This document shows positions 1 to 10,783 of a stretch of DNA of 62,833 nucleotides, piece by piece. The stretch covers positions 1-62,833 of the forward strand of contig CANIIA010000005.1 of the NCBI GenBank assembly GCA_947467435.1. The letters are read 5' to 3'. The notes under the pieces are model-generated. The model saw nothing but the letters and a program-made list of their open reading frames with translations. It made no database searches and was not told where the DNA came from. The position numbers and the translations under genes are program-made. Position 1 is the first letter of the stretch; the number at the start of each line of letters is the position of its first letter. The DNA comes from Betaproteobacteria bacterium. Lineage in GTDB: Bacteria > Pseudomonadota > Gammaproteobacteria > Burkholderiales > SG8-39.

Positions 1-777
1 ATCATCTCCGGTATACATGCGCACCCCAGCAGGCAGGCGTCGACGCAGCGTAATTTCGTGGGCTTGATCGAGTAACGAAATTTTGATGCCATCAATTTTT
101 GTTGCATGTTGCTGCAACACCTGTACACACGTGTGTATTGCTGTATGGATGTCGCGCGAACCCCAATATCCGGCTAACGCAGGATCAAACATTTCGCCTA
201 ACCAATGAATGATCACTGGTTGGCGCACTTGGCTGAGGATGCGGTCATACACGTGCAGATAATCATCCGCCGAGCGTGCGCAAGCAGCCAAGGCACGGCT
301 TGCCATCAAAATAATTCGCGCACCCGTACGCTCAATGGCAGCACACTGCATTTCGTACGCTGCGATCACCGCTTCGATATTAGGTGCTGAATTGAGTAGG
401 AGATGATCCGTCCCCGCACCAGCCGCCACCAATGGGCCATTGACGATGCCGCGGTAATCACGCGCGGCATCCATGCTGCGCTCGATCAGTGTGATGGCCT
501 GCGGCCAATCTAACCCCATGCCGCGTTGTGCGGTGTCCATGGCTTCGGCCACACCAAATCCATAGCGCCATAAATGCTGTCGATACGCGATGCTTGCATC
601 CCAATCGATCGCACTCTGTGTGATCGGACAGTGCACGCGACGCGGATCGACCACCAAATGCGCAGCAGCCAGTGCTTGTCGTGTCCAAGGACGCTGACTC
701 GGCGCACGGTGCTGCGGGTCGTTCAAGGTGTGCGTCCACACCGCCCCTGCCGCGTTTACTAGTTTAATTTGCAGCAC
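1..777 (-). CDS. DUF993 / dihydrodipicolinate synthase-like TIM-barrel protein (3' end beyond the window edge)
   Basis: Not in the ORF track because it has no stop in the window. Hand translation from GTG at 777 gives ...ALAAAHLVVDP...IDWDASIAYRQHLWRYGFGVAEAMDTAQRGMGLDW...KIDGIKISLLDQAHEITLRRRLPAGVRMYTGDD, motifs typical of DUF993. Confidence 0.85.
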   Translation of the reverse strand, partial: MLQIKLVNAAGAVWTHTLNDPQHRAPSQRPWTRQALAAAHLVVDPRRVHCPITQSAIDWDASIAYRQHLWRYGFGVAEAMDTAQRGMGLDWPQAITLIERSMDAARDYRGIVNGPLVAAGAGTDHLLLNSAPNIEAVIAAYEMQCAAIERTGARIILMASRALAACARSADDYLHVYDRILSQVRQPVIIHWLGEMFDPALAGYWGSRDIHTAIHTCVQVLQQHATKIDGIKISLLDQAHEITLRRRLPAGVRMYTGDD

Positions 778-793
778 TGTGCGTGATCTAACG

Positions 794-2242
794 TCAGGCC
801 TTGAGCAAACGCCGGTGCTCGCCAACGCGCACGATCTTCATGGTGTTGGTCCCGCCTGCTTGACCAATCGGTTCGCCGATCGTCAGCACGATGAGATCGC
901 CGTCTTTAACTACGCCGTTGGCCAACAATACATTTTCTGCTTCGGCTAATAATGCGTCGCGATCTTGCGGCATTTGCCGGACCACCAGAGGATACGTGTC
1001 ACGAAAAAGCGTGCAGCGATAGCGTGTGCCGGTTTGTGCGGTCAGCGCATATATCGGCACACCACAATTTAAACGACTCATCCAAAGTGCCGTTGAACCC
1101 GATTCAGTGAGCGACGCAATCGCCTTCACCTTTAAATGAAATGCCGTGAAGAGCGCGGCCATCGCGATCGATTGGTCAACGCGTGTGAATACCCGATTTA
1201 AGAACTCTTGTTCCAATGTTAAGGGCTGCGTTTGCTCGGCTTCGATACAAATTCGATCCATCGCCTCAATCGACTCGACCGGATATTTTCCTGCGGCTGA
1301 TTCTGCAGAGAGCATCACTGCATCCGTGCCATCGAGTACCGCGTTGGCCACATCCGATACTTCCGCGCGCGTGGGGATGGGACTGGCAATCATCGATTCC
1401 ATCATCTGCGTTGCGGTGATGGTGAGCTTGTTGTGCTCGCGCGCCATGCGGATCATTTTTTTCTGTAACGCAGGCACCGAGGCATCACCCACTTCGACAG
1501 CCAAATCACCGCGCGCCACCATGATGCCGTCGCAGGCTTTCATGATGTCGATGAGCGCCGCATCGCCAACAGCTTCAGCGCGTTCGATTTTGGCAATCAA
1601 CATGGCTTTACCGCCGGCGGCGCGCATCAGCTCACCCGCCATGTACATATCCGCGCCAGTTTTGGGAAACGACACGGCAAGAAAATCTGCTTTTAACTGC
1701 GCCGCGGTTTTAATGTCCTCCATGTCTTTGGGTGTGAGCGCCGGCGCGGTCAACCCACCACCTTGCCGATTAATACCTTTGTTGTTGGATAACACACTGC
1801 CATGACGCACGGTGGTGTGGACTTCACTGCCACGTACATCGGTCACATCTAACACCACACGACCATCATCGAGTAACAACACCGCGCCCGGGGCTACATC
1901 GCGGGGAAGTTCTTTGTAGTCCAAGCCCACGCGCGTGGCATCACCTAAGGCGCATTCGGCATCCAAAATAAATGCTTGGCCTTTTTCTAAATTGACCTTG
2001 CCGTCTTTAAACTTGCCGACCCGAATTTTCGGGCCTTGCAAATCCGCCATGATGCCAACCGTGCGACCGACTTTTTCACTGACTTGACGTACCAACCGAG
2101 CACGCTCGATGTGATCGTCAGCCGTGCCATGCGAAAAATTCAGACGCACCACATCCACCCCGGCCACAATCATGCGCTCCAGTGTGGCGGCATCGGATGA
2201 AGCGGGGCCCAACGTTGCAACAATTTTTGTACTACGCAGCAT
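794..2242 (-). CDS. pyk: Pyruvate kinase
   Basis: TKIVATLGPAS, RLNFSHG, DLQGPKIR, IMVARGDL and TQMMESM motifs. Confidence 0.98.
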   Translation of the reverse strand: MLRSTKIVATLGPASSDAATLERMIVAGVDVVRLNFSHGTADDHIERARLVRQVSEKVGRTVGIMADLQGPKIRVGKFKDGKVNLEKGQAFILDAECALGDATRVGLDYKELPRDVAPGAVLLLDDGRVVLDVTDVRGSEVHTTVRHGSVLSNNKGINRQGGGLTAPALTPKDMEDIKTAAQLKADFLAVSFPKTGADMYMAGELMRAAGGKAMLIAKIERAEAVGDAALIDIMKACDGIMVARGDLAVEVGDASVPALQKKMIRMAREHNKLTITATQMMESMIASPIPTRAEVSDVANAVLDGTDAVMLSAESAAGKYPVESIEAMDRICIEAEQTQPLTLEQEFLNRVFTRVDQSIAMAALFTAFHLKVKAIASLTESGSTALWMSRLNCGVPIYALTAQTGTRYRCTLFRDTYPLVVRQMPQDRDALLAEAENVLLANGVVKDGDLIVLTIGEPIGQAGGTNTMKIVRVGEHRRLLKA

Positions 2243-2391
2243 GCGTGGCTTTCCTCTGAGTATTGGCGCTGCTCAATGCACGCCAGATGATGCGTTCATT
2301 TATACCAGATGCGTGTCACCGTATCGCGTCACAACGTGCAGAATCGATCGATTCCTGAGACGATGGGGGTTTCTCTGCGCGAGCTTTACGC

Positions 2392-3219
2392 ATGGCCACC
2401 CCCATTTATCGCGAGTTTGATGTTGGCGCATTAAACGCCGCCTACAACAACCGCGCAGCCGTGCCCGAACACGTGCAATGGCGCGACCAACGCGCCCAAC
2501 AGAGTTTGGTGCTGTATGCCGCGCATCGTGTGAGCCGCGACCTGCGCTATGGTCCCGGTGAACGTCAGCGCATCGATTTTTTTCACGCGGTAAGCCCCGA
2601 TCGCCCAACAGTGGCCTACATCCACGGTGGTTACTGGCAATACAACGACAAAGAACCCAATGCGTTTGTCGCCGCCGGTCCGCTCGCCGCCGGAATGAAT
2701 GTGGCCTTGATCGAATACAGCTTGGCGCCGCAAGCCAGCATCAGTACGATCGTGCGTGAAATTCGCACCGCCACAGCAGATCTAGTGAAACGCCTGCCTG
2801 AGCTCCAGGCCAGCCCGACGCTCGTGGTTTGCGGTCATTCCGCCGGCGGCCATTTGGCGGCGATGACCGCCGATGTCCCAGGTGTGCATGCGGCGCTTGC
2901 AATCAGCGGCCTATTTGATCTCGAGCCGATTCGACTCACTGAGATGAATCAAAAATTAGCAATGAGCGAAACCGAAGCACGCGCTCACTCTCCGCAGTTT
3001 TTATCGCTCCCGCAGACCCCCATCAGTGTTGCGTATGGGCTTGCTGAGCTGCCCGAATTACAACGCCAGTCGCGTGAATTTGCGCAGGTCTTACGCGCGG
3101 CGGACAACCTTGGACGCATGTTGGCTCTGCCCGAAGACGACCATTTCAGCATCTTGGAGTCCTTGGCGCTTCCGGAGGGCGCCCTCTGCCGAGAGGTCTG
3201 CAGACTCGCTGGGCTCTAG
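2392..3219 (+). CDS. Alpha/beta hydrolase (arylformamidase/HSL-like esterase)
   Basis: HGGYW oxyanion motif, GHSAG nucleophile elbow, C-terminal DHF histidine. Confidence 0.85.
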   Translation: MATPIYREFDVGALNAAYNNRAAVPEHVQWRDQRAQQSLVLYAAHRVSRDLRYGPGERQRIDFFHAVSPDRPTVAYIHGGYWQYNDKEPNAFVAAGPLAAGMNVALIEYSLAPQASISTIVREIRTATADLVKRLPELQASPTLVVCGHSAGGHLAAMTADVPGVHAALAISGLFDLEPIRLTEMNQKLAMSETEARAHSPQFLSLPQTPISVAYGLAELPELQRQSREFAQVLRAADNLGRMLALPEDDHFSILESLALPEGALCREVCRLAGL

Positions 3220-3254
3220 AACCGAAGTCAAAATACAGCCATACTTCAGGGTCA

Positions 3255-3273
3255 AGACGCCAAGTGAGCGTCT
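3255..3273. promoter_or_regulatory. Palindrome AGACGC-N7-GCGTCT upstream of the DGQHR gene (possible operator or 5' hairpin)
   Basis: 6-bp inverted repeat seen directly, 13 nt upstream of the AAGGAG RBS. Function is inferred. Confidence 0.3.
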
Positions 3274-3298
3274 ACTCCCCGCGATTAAGGAGACCTCA

Positions 3299-4420
3299 GT
3301 GCTCGCAACCCAGATCCGCCAGAAAGACGGCATCTTTTACTTCGCCAGCGTTCCCGCGAAGGATTTGCTTAGCAAGGTGCGCTTTATCAGTCGTTTTTAT
3401 GGCGAGGGCGAGGAAATCGCCGCCGAGAAAATTTCCCCGCGCGATGAGATCGCGCAGTTCATCGCAAAAATTGAGCGCAGCGACAAAGCCTTTCAGCGCA
3501 CGATCTCGCGCGGCAAGGTCAAACAACTTAAAAATTTCTACGAAACGGCAATCACGCAACCGCCGATCCCCGGCACGGTGTTGCTGTTTACTTCAGAAAA
3601 GCTCGGCTTTCGCAGCGCCGGTGTTGAAGGCGTCGGTCACTTGGCCGCACCAGAAAAAAAATTCTTGATCGTTGATGGTCAACATCGTTTAGCCGCATTG
3701 CGGTTTCACTTAAACGAACGTCCTGAGGAAGCGGCCACCATTCAGGTGCCGTGCATGATTTTTGATGGTCGTAGCGAAGATTTCGCCACCGAGATGTTCG
3801 TCATCATCAACTCAACACCCACGCGTATCAACAAGAGCCATCTGATTGATTTGTACGAACGCGTGTCGTGGGCCGAACCGCATCGCAAATTTGCCTCACG
3901 TTTGGTGTCGTCCTTATACAGCGAAGGCGATAGCCCGTTACGCTACCGAATTAATCGCTTGGGCGGCCGCAGTCAAAAAGACAAGTGGATCTTACAAGCC
4001 GAATTGTTTAACGAACTTCAACGCTGGACCGCACGCGAATGGCGTCGCATCCAAGTGGCTGGCGGTAGCGCGCGTGAAGCGGGTCGTTACTACGGCATGG
4101 TGCGTGACTTTCTCAAAGCGGCCGAACGTGTCTGGGGCGATGCTTGGGAAAATGATAGCCACATGGTGACGCGACCTGTCACGCTCAAAGCCATGATTCG
4201 TGTGTGCGCCGACCTTGCGCGCGAAGACGGTAATCCCGCTGAGGGACGCGTTGCGCGCTGGGAAAAACGTTTGGCACCTTGGGCCAATCAAGCGCGTGCA
4301 TTTCGCGCGGAAGGTTTTTACGAGCGCTTTCCAGCCAAAGGTGAAATCGAGCGCGTCGCACGCGTGCATCGCGATTTAGCCAAGTGGGCGGGCATCAGCA
4401 CCATCCCCAACAAAGCCTAA
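3299..4420 (+). CDS. DGQHR domain (DndB-like) protein
   Basis: FQR motif, FLIVDGQHRLAAL, and MFVIINSTP (F..IN). AAGGAG RBS at 3287-3292 supports a GTG start at 3299 rather than 3026. Confidence 0.88.
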   Translation: MLATQIRQKDGIFYFASVPAKDLLSKVRFISRFYGEGEEIAAEKISPRDEIAQFIAKIERSDKAFQRTISRGKVKQLKNFYETAITQPPIPGTVLLFTSEKLGFRSAGVEGVGHLAAPEKKFLIVDGQHRLAALRFHLNERPEEAATIQVPCMIFDGRSEDFATEMFVIINSTPTRINKSHLIDLYERVSWAEPHRKFASRLVSSLYSEGDSPLRYRINRLGGRSQKDKWILQAELFNELQRWTAREWRRIQVAGGSAREAGRYYGMVRDFLKAAERVWGDAWENDSHMVTRPVTLKAMIRVCADLAREDGNPAEGRVARWEKRLAPWANQARAFRAEGFYERFPAKGEIERVARVHRDLAKWAGISTIPNKA

Positions 4421-4452
4421 CGCAGCAGCGCGCTGCGCCGACACCGCACCAT

Positions 4453-5649
4453 TTAGTCGGCGCTGCGCGCCTCTAATGCTGCCACCGCGGGCAGTGTTTT
4501 GCCTTCTAAAAATTCCAAGAAGGCACCACCGCCAGTCGAGATATACGACACTTTTTCGCTGATGCCATATTTGGCGATTGCCGCCAGTGTGTCCCCACCT
4601 CCAGCAATCGAAAACGCAGAAGACTCCGCAATGGCGCGCGCCAAGGTCGCGGTGCCATGTCCAAACTGATCAAACTCAAAGACCCCCACTGGTCCGTTCC
4701 AAACAATCGTGCCTGCATTGCGCACAATTTGCGCTAATGCTTGCGCACTCTTGGGACCAATATCCAAAATCAGGTCATCGGGCATCACCTCAGCGACCGC
4801 TTTAGTTTGTGCAATCGCGTTTGCCGCAAATTCTTTGGCGCACACCACGTCAATCGGTAATGGCACCTCGCCACCTTTGGCTTTGATGGCTGCCATCACT
4901 TTGTTGGCTTCTCCGACTAAATCAGATTCGGCCAACGATTTTCCGATACGCGAGCCAGCCGCCAGTAAAAACGTATTGGCAATGCCACCACCAACAATGA
5001 GTTGATCGACCTTACTTGCCAGAGATTCGAGGATAGTGAGTTTTGTCGATACTTTTGAGCCGGCCACAATGGCCACTAAGGGGCGTGCCGGATGGGCCAA
5101 CGCTTTGCCTAAAGCATCGAGTTCTGCAGCGAGCAACGGGCCAGCACAAGCGATCGGTGCAAAACGCGCAACACCGTGCGTGGTTGCTTCCGCACGGTGT
5201 GCCGTACCAAACGCATCATTCACATAGATATCGCACAAGCCAGCAATGCGGCGCGATAAGGCTTCATCATCTTTTTTTTCGCCGACATTAAAGCGACAAT
5301 TTTCAAGCAACACCAATTTGCCGTTTGCGATGGCGTTCGGCTGAAAGCCTGCACCTAACCAGTCACTGATCAACGGCACCTCAGCACCGAGTAAGCGCGA
5401 CAAATGTTTCGCCACTGGCGCCAGCGATTCAGCTTCAACAAACACGCCCTCTTTGGGTCGACCCAAATGTGAGACCAACATCAGGCGTGCGCCTTTTTCC
5501 ATGGCCATCCGAATACCAGGCAACGCGGCACGAATTCGCGTGTCATCGGTAATTCGGCCATCTTGAAAAGGCACATTAAAGTCAACACGAATCAGCACGC
5601 GTTGACCGGCCAAGTCAAGATCGGCCATTCGCTTGAATTGCATGCTCAT
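4453..5649 (-). CDS. pgk: Phosphoglycerate kinase
   Basis: [44 protein letters not shown]. Confidence 0.98.
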   Translation of the reverse strand: MSMQFKRMADLDLAGQRVLIRVDFNVPFQDGRITDDTRIRAALPGIRMAMEKGARLMLVSHLGRPKEGVFVEAESLAPVAKHLSRLLGAEVPLISDWLGAGFQPNAIANGKLVLLENCRFNVGEKKDDEALSRRIAGLCDIYVNDAFGTAHRAEATTHGVARFAPIACAGPLLAAELDALGKALAHPARPLVAIVAGSKVSTKLTILESLASKVDQLIVGGGIANTFLLAAGSRIGKSLAESDLVGEANKVMAAIKAKGGEVPLPIDVVCAKEFAANAIAQTKAVAEVMPDDLILDIGPKSAQALAQIVRNAGTIVWNGPVGVFEFDQFGHGTATLARAIAESSAFSIAGGGDTLAAIAKYGISEKVSYISTGGGAFLEFLEGKTLPAVAALEARSAD

Positions 5650-5698
5650 GAAACTCTCTCCGTACCAAACTTCATCATCACGCTGGGATCGCGCGCGA

Positions 5699-6457
5699 TT
5701 ATTTTTTGCGTGCTGCTAAAAACGCGGCCATCTGGCGTTGTGGCTCGCCCGATTCATAAGCGCGCTTTTGGTATTTCTTTGCGGCTAGCAAAATGTCATC
5801 AAATTGCGCTTGGGTGATTTCGCGCATGCGCTCTTTGGTCAATTGCATCGCCATGGGGGGATGGCCCGCAAGGAGATTCGCCACCTCCAGCGCCTGACTC
5901 AGCACTTGTTCACGCGCAACTAAATAATTGAGTAAACCCAAAGCGTACGCACGCTCACCCGAAATTAATTCGCCTGTGAGCGAGAGCTGGGCATTTAAAC
6001 CGATCGGTAAATGCCACATCATTTGCGAGGTACCAAGAATCGAACCCAAACCGGCTTTTACTTCGGGTTGACCCAATTTCATTTGCGGATAACCCACGCG
6101 CAAATCGCAGTACAACCCAATCTGATAGCCTGCGCCCGCTGCCACGCCGTTATACGCTGCGACCGTGGGTTTATTCATGCCACGAATCGCGGCAAACATG
6201 GCGTGTGCACGCGTAAACCAACCATCGACATCAGCGGCGGTAAAGGCTGCGGCTTCTTCTAAATCTTGACCAGAAGAAAACGCGCGTTCTCCTGCACCAG
6301 TGATGACCACTGCACGCACGGCCGCATCGGCTTCCAATTTCGCCAACAGCGCAGGCAACTCGCTGCGCATGGTTTCGTTGACAGCATTGAGTGCTTCCGG
6401 TCGGTTTAAACGTACAACGGCTACCGCACCCAAGGTTTCACATAAGACGCTGGGCAT
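5699..6457 (-). CDS. Enoyl-CoA hydratase/isomerase (crotonase) family protein
   Basis: [25 protein letters not shown]. Start overlaps the gap stop (TAATG). Confidence 0.9.
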   Translation of the reverse strand: MPSVLCETLGAVAVVRLNRPEALNAVNETMRSELPALLAKLEADAAVRAVVITGAGERAFSSGQDLEEAAAFTAADVDGWFTRAHAMFAAIRGMNKPTVAAYNGVAAGAGYQIGLYCDLRVGYPQMKLGQPEVKAGLGSILGTSQMMWHLPIGLNAQLSLTGELISGERAYALGLLNYLVAREQVLSQALEVANLLAGHPPMAMQLTKERMREITQAQFDDILLAAKKYQKRAYESGEPQRQMAAFLAARKK

Positions 6458-7470
6458 TATTTCGCTGCCATTAATGCAACGGTGGTGTCGAGCATACGGT
6501 TAGAAAAACCCCATTCGTTGTCGTACCAACCACCTACTTTCACCAAGGTGCCTTCAGCCACCTTGGTGAGCGAAGCATCAAAAGTACACGACGCTGGATT
6601 GTGGTTGTAATCCACCGACACCAACGGCTCGGTGGTGTAGTCCAACACCCCACGCAAGGCGCCGCCGGCTGCGCTTTGCATGGCGGCATTGATTTCATCG
6701 ACGCTTGTGGCACGTGCAGCGGTCAAGGTGAGATCAACGATCGATACATTGATGGTGGGTACACGAATTGCGTAACCATCGAGCTTGCCATTCAACTCTG
6801 GTAACACCAATCCAACCGCCGCAGCTGCACCCGTTTTGGTTGGGATCATTGACATGGTGGCTGAGCGCGCACGGCGCAAATCTTCGTGATACACGTCGGT
6901 GAGGACTTGATCGTTGGTATAAGCGTGCACCGTGGTCATGAGTCCGGCGACGATGCCAATTTTTTCGTGCAGCACTTTGGCCATCGGCGCCAAGCAGTTG
7001 GTGGTACACGAGGCGTTTGAAATCACCGTATGACTCGCTTTTAAGGTGCCGTGATTCACGCCGTACACGACGGTGGCATCGACATCTTTTCCACCGGGCG
7101 CGGAGATGATTACTTTTTTAGCCCCCGCGCTCAAATGCGCACCAGCTTTTTCTTTGGTGGTGAATAAGCCCGTGCACTCCAGCACCACATCCACATTGAG
7201 TGCTTTCCAAGGTAATTCGGCAGGGTTGCGTTTGGCACACACCGCAATCCGATCACCGTTCACCACTAGATGATCACCATCCACACTCACCGTACCGGGG
7301 AAACGTCCATGCGCGGTGTCGTATTTGGTTAAGTGGGCATTGGTCTGCGCATTACCCAAATCGTTGATCGCCACAATTTGAATGTCATGCTTCTTGCCAC
7401 TTTCGTACAAGGCGCGAAGGATGTTACGGCCAATACGCCCATAGCCGTTGATAGCAACACGAATGGTCAT
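6457..7470 (-). CDS. gap: Type I glyceraldehyde-3-phosphate dehydrogenase
   Basis: [28 protein letters not shown]. Confidence 0.98.
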   Translation of the reverse strand: MTIRVAINGYGRIGRNILRALYESGKKHDIQIVAINDLGNAQTNAHLTKYDTAHGRFPGTVSVDGDHLVVNGDRIAVCAKRNPAELPWKALNVDVVLECTGLFTTKEKAGAHLSAGAKKVIISAPGGKDVDATVVYGVNHGTLKASHTVISNASCTTNCLAPMAKVLHEKIGIVAGLMTTVHAYTNDQVLTDVYHEDLRRARSATMSMIPTKTGAAAAVGLVLPELNGKLDGYAIRVPTINVSIVDLTLTAARATSVDEINAAMQSAAGGALRGVLDYTTEPLVSVDYNHNPASCTFDASLTKVAEGTLVKVGGWYDNEWGFSNRMLDTTVALMAAK

Positions 7471-7542
7471 GCGTTCAGTCCTCGGGTGATCGCCACAAAC
7501 AGGGCGGCGGGTTAAAAATTAGGGGGGGCTTGTTCGAGCCGG

Positions 7543-9570
7543 TTACAGTTGAAGCACGCGCTGAATTGCAGAGACAACATGTTCAGCGGTAATACCAAAG
7601 TGTTTATACAACGCACTTGCAGGCGCTGATTCGCCAAACGTATCGAGACCAATCACAGCGCCACGCGCATCATCGACAGCGCCGGTGTACTTGCGCCAAA
7701 AATCAGTGACGCCCGCCTCAACGGCCACACGCGGCACACCCTGCGGCAACACTTGCGCGCGGTACGTCGCGGGCTGTCGATCGAATACGTTGGTACAGGG
7801 CATTGAAACCACACGCACCGCAATGCCTGCAGTTGCCAAGGCTTGCTGTGCAGCCAAGGCCAACGGCACTTCGGAGCCGGTGGCAATAATCACGGCGCGC
7901 GGCGCACCTCGTGCGGCCTCAGCCAATACGTAACCACCGCGCTCGATCTGCGCACGCGTTGTCGCATCACGCGACACAAACGCCACGTTTTGACGTGAAA
8001 AAAGCAACGCACTCGGTCCATCTTGACGGGCAATCGATGCGCTCCATGCCACCGCAGACTCTAAGGTGTCACATGGGCGCCAAACATCGAGCTGCGGAAT
8101 ACATCGCAAGCTTGCGGCATGCTCGACGGGTTGATGCGTGGGGCCATCTTCCCCTAAACCAATCGAGTCGTGGGTAAACACAAACAGACTGCGCAATTTC
8201 ATTAGCGCAGCCATACGAATGGCGTTTCGTGCGTAATCGGAAAAGGTGAGAAATGTCGCGCCATAAGGAATGAAGCCGCCGTGCAACGCCAACCCATTCA
8301 TGATCGCGGCCATCCCAAACTCACGCACACCATAAAACACGTAATTGCCGCCACCACTTGGGCCCACGGGCCTTGAAGCCTTCACCATGGTCAAATTAGA
8401 GCCCGCTAAATCAGCCGAACCACCAAGCAATTCGGGTAACAGTGGCACCAAAGATTCCAACGCGTTTTGCGAAGCTTTGCGTGTCGCGATCGTTTCGGCT
8501 TTGTTATTGATGTCTTCCAACAATGCCGCAACACGTGTCGCGTAATCAGCGGGTAAAGCGCCCGACATACGGCGCGTAAATTCTGCCGCTTGCGGGGCAA
8601 AAGCTGCGCTGTAGTTGGCGTACAACTTTTTCCATTCATTCTGTCGGCGCGCGCCTTTACGCCGCGCGTTCCACGCAGCAGAAATTTCTCTCGGAATCTC
8701 AAACGGCGCGTGTGGCCAACCTAACGCGGCGCGTGCAGCAGCGATCTCTGCTTCACCTAACGGCGCGCCATGCACACCCCCGGTGTTTTGTTTATTGGGC
8801 GCCCCTTTACCGATCACGGTCTTACAACAAATCAGCGTTGGTCGTGCGGTATCGCGTTTGGCTTTTAAGATGGCACGATGTACGGCTTGCGTGTCATGAC
8901 CGTCTACGTTGGCAATCACGTGCCATCCGTAGGCAGCAAAACGTTTTGGGACATCATCGGTATACCAAGCCTTGATGGAGGCTTTTTCCGAATCAATTGA
9001 AATACCGTTGTCGTCATACAACGCAATCAACTTACCTAAGCCCAACGTACCGGCCAGCGCGCAGACTTCGTGAGAAATACCTTCCATCAAACAACCATCA
9101 CCAAGAAACGCGTAGGTGTGATGGTTCACGATATCCATTCCTGGGCGATTAAATTCCGCCGCGAGCAATCGTTCGGCTAAAGCCATGCCTACCGCGTTGC
9201 TGATGCCTTGACCCAATGGACCCGTGGTGGTTTCAACACCCGGGGTGATACCCACTTCCGGATGACCCGGTGTGCGCGAATGGAGTTGACGAAAATTGCG
9301 CAGCTCTTCTATTGGCAAGTCGTAACCGGTGAGATGCAATAAGCTGTAGAGCAACATCGAACCGTGACCGTTCGACAACACAAAGCGGTCGCGATCCGCC
9401 CACGCTGGATTGGCTGGATCGTGACGTAAATGATGCTGCCATAACGCCACCGCGATATCGGCCATCCCCATGGGCATGCCCGGGTGGCCAGAGTTGGCGG
9501 CTTGCACCGCGTCCATCGACAAGGCACGGATGGCATTCGCAAGATCGCGATCGGTAACGTCTGCGCTCAT
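7543..9570 (-). CDS. tkt: Transketolase
   Basis: [33 protein letters not shown]. Start placed at [15 protein letters not shown]. Confidence 0.98.
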   Translation of the reverse strand: MSADVTDRDLANAIRALSMDAVQAANSGHPGMPMGMADIAVALWQHHLRHDPANPAWADRDRFVLSNGHGSMLLYSLLHLTGYDLPIEELRNFRQLHSRTPGHPEVGITPGVETTTGPLGQGISNAVGMALAERLLAAEFNRPGMDIVNHHTYAFLGDGCLMEGISHEVCALAGTLGLGKLIALYDDNGISIDSEKASIKAWYTDDVPKRFAAYGWHVIANVDGHDTQAVHRAILKAKRDTARPTLICCKTVIGKGAPNKQNTGGVHGAPLGEAEIAAARAALGWPHAPFEIPREISAAWNARRKGARRQNEWKKLYANYSAAFAPQAAEFTRRMSGALPADYATRVAALLEDINNKAETIATRKASQNALESLVPLLPELLGGSADLAGSNLTMVKASRPVGPSGGGNYVFYGVREFGMAAIMNGLALHGGFIPYGATFLTFSDYARNAIRMAALMKLRSLFVFTHDSIGLGEDGPTHQPVEHAASLRCIPQLDVWRPCDTLESAVAWSASIARQDGPSALLFSRQNVAFVSRDATTRAQIERGGYVLAEAARGAPRAVIIATGSEVPLALAAQQALATAGIAVRVVSMPCTNVFDRQPATYRAQVLPQGVPRVAVEAGVTDFWRKYTGAVDDARGAVIGLDTFGESAPASALYKHFGITAEHVVSAIQRVLQL

Positions 9571-9718
9571 GAGCTCGCCTAACAAGGTTGGGGTAAATCG
9601 CAGCAGGAGTGAACCACTGCGAAGGTGAATCACAGTGGGGGTCAACAGCAAACCGTAATTATAGTGGATGGCGCATTCGCCTCGACCGAAAGCGAATGAA
9701 ACACCGTACACTGCACAC

Positions 9719-10615
9719 ATGCGTATTGCTTTTCATAGCCCCGAAAATTACGTACCTGCGGTCCAAGCCCCCGAAGCCCATGTTGACGGCTTGTTGTTTG
9801 TCTTTCGCGGCGATCAGTTGTTGGTCGAACTGGGCCCGCCCTCAGCGACGCCTTCAGATGATCCGCGTGTGCAATCGCGACCGTCTTGGGCGCGTCTTCC
9901 AGCGGGCCGTGTCAGTGCCTTCGAGACGCAGCCGCTGCGCGACTTATATCTCGGTCGATTAGGCGAAGTACATTGCCATGCCGCCGAACTGCCCGCCCAC
10001 ACCCCAGCGCCCCCGGGCATGGCCTGGCAGGGCCTGCGCACCTTATTTTCGGTACTCGATGACGCGCATTTCGCCCTCGCGGGCCGTGCCATCCAATTTA
10101 TTGATTGGGATCGCAACCACCAGTTTTGTGGACGCTGCGGTACCCCGACCGTGGCCCAAGCGAACGAGCGATCACGCGTCTGTCCGGCCTGTCGCTTGAG
10201 CGCATATCCACGGATTTCTCCTGCGGTGATGGCGCTGGTCCGGCGTGAAGGGCAGGTTCTGCTCGGACGTAGCCCCCACTTTCCGCCCGGGATGTTCAGC
10301 GCCTTGGCCGGTTTTGTCGAGCCGGGCGAAACTCTCGAACAGTGTTTGGCTCGTGAAGTCCAGGAAGAGGTTGGCGTCTCGGTGGGCAACATCCAATATT
10401 TTGAAAGTCAGCCCTGGCCTTTTCCCAATTCGTTGATGATTGCCTTTGTTTGTGATTGGACGGGCGGCGAAATCCGCCCGCAAGAAGGCGAAATCGAGGA
10501 CGCGCAGTGGTTTGATATATTCCAATTGCCCCAACTTCCGAGTAAAATTTCGATCGCCCGCCGCCTGATCGACGCGGTTGTCGCGCAGATGCGCGGCGCG
10601 GCACACCGACCCTAA
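9719..10615 (+). CDS. nudC: NADH pyrophosphatase (Nudix)
   Basis: CGRCG...CPAC zinc finger, Nudix box [29 protein letters not shown] signature. Start uncertain (9668 or 9719). Confidence 0.95.
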   Translation: MRIAFHSPENYVPAVQAPEAHVDGLLFVFRGDQLLVELGPPSATPSDDPRVQSRPSWARLPAGRVSAFETQPLRDLYLGRLGEVHCHAAELPAHTPAPPGMAWQGLRTLFSVLDDAHFALAGRAIQFIDWDRNHQFCGRCGTPTVAQANERSRVCPACRLSAYPRISPAVMALVRREGQVLLGRSPHFPPGMFSALAGFVEPGETLEQCLAREVQEEVGVSVGNIQYFESQPWPFPNSLMIAFVCDWTGGEIRPQEGEIEDAQWFDIFQLPQLPSKISIARRLIDAVVAQMRGAAHRP

Positions 10616-10684
10616 GAGGTTAACCACGACGAACGCCCGCCAGAAAATATCCTGACGGGCCCCGAGCTCTGTATAAGTGCGCGG

Positions 10685-10783
10685 TTTTCGTTTTTGTGCC
10701 GCAAGGCGTGAACAGCAGGCGCAGTCGGCGGGAAGAAAGTCCCGCGGGTTGCGCCGATTGCGTTTTACGGGGGAACGAAAATG
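10685..10783 (+). promoter_or_regulatory. Structured 5' leader of the speD-speE fusion (candidate cis-regulatory RNA)
   Basis: 10685-10694 pairs with 10772-10781 over the RBS and AUG; GCC-GCAA-GGC hairpin at 10698-10707; 11-bp stem 10720-10730/10752-10762. Confidence 0.4.

Noticed and set aside
1146..1805. Long antisense or overlapping ORFs (also 9814-10392, 19142-20002, 50412-51092 and many shorter ones)
   Set aside because: They are shadows of well-supported genes on the opposite strand and show no recognisable motifs.
3026..3298. 91-aa N-terminal extension of the DGQHR ORF
   Set aside because: It overlaps the hydrolase gene, and a strong RBS supports the GTG start at 3299.
7522..7528. 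G7 homopolymer between tkt and gap
   Set aside because: Too short and intergenic to support phase variation without read data.
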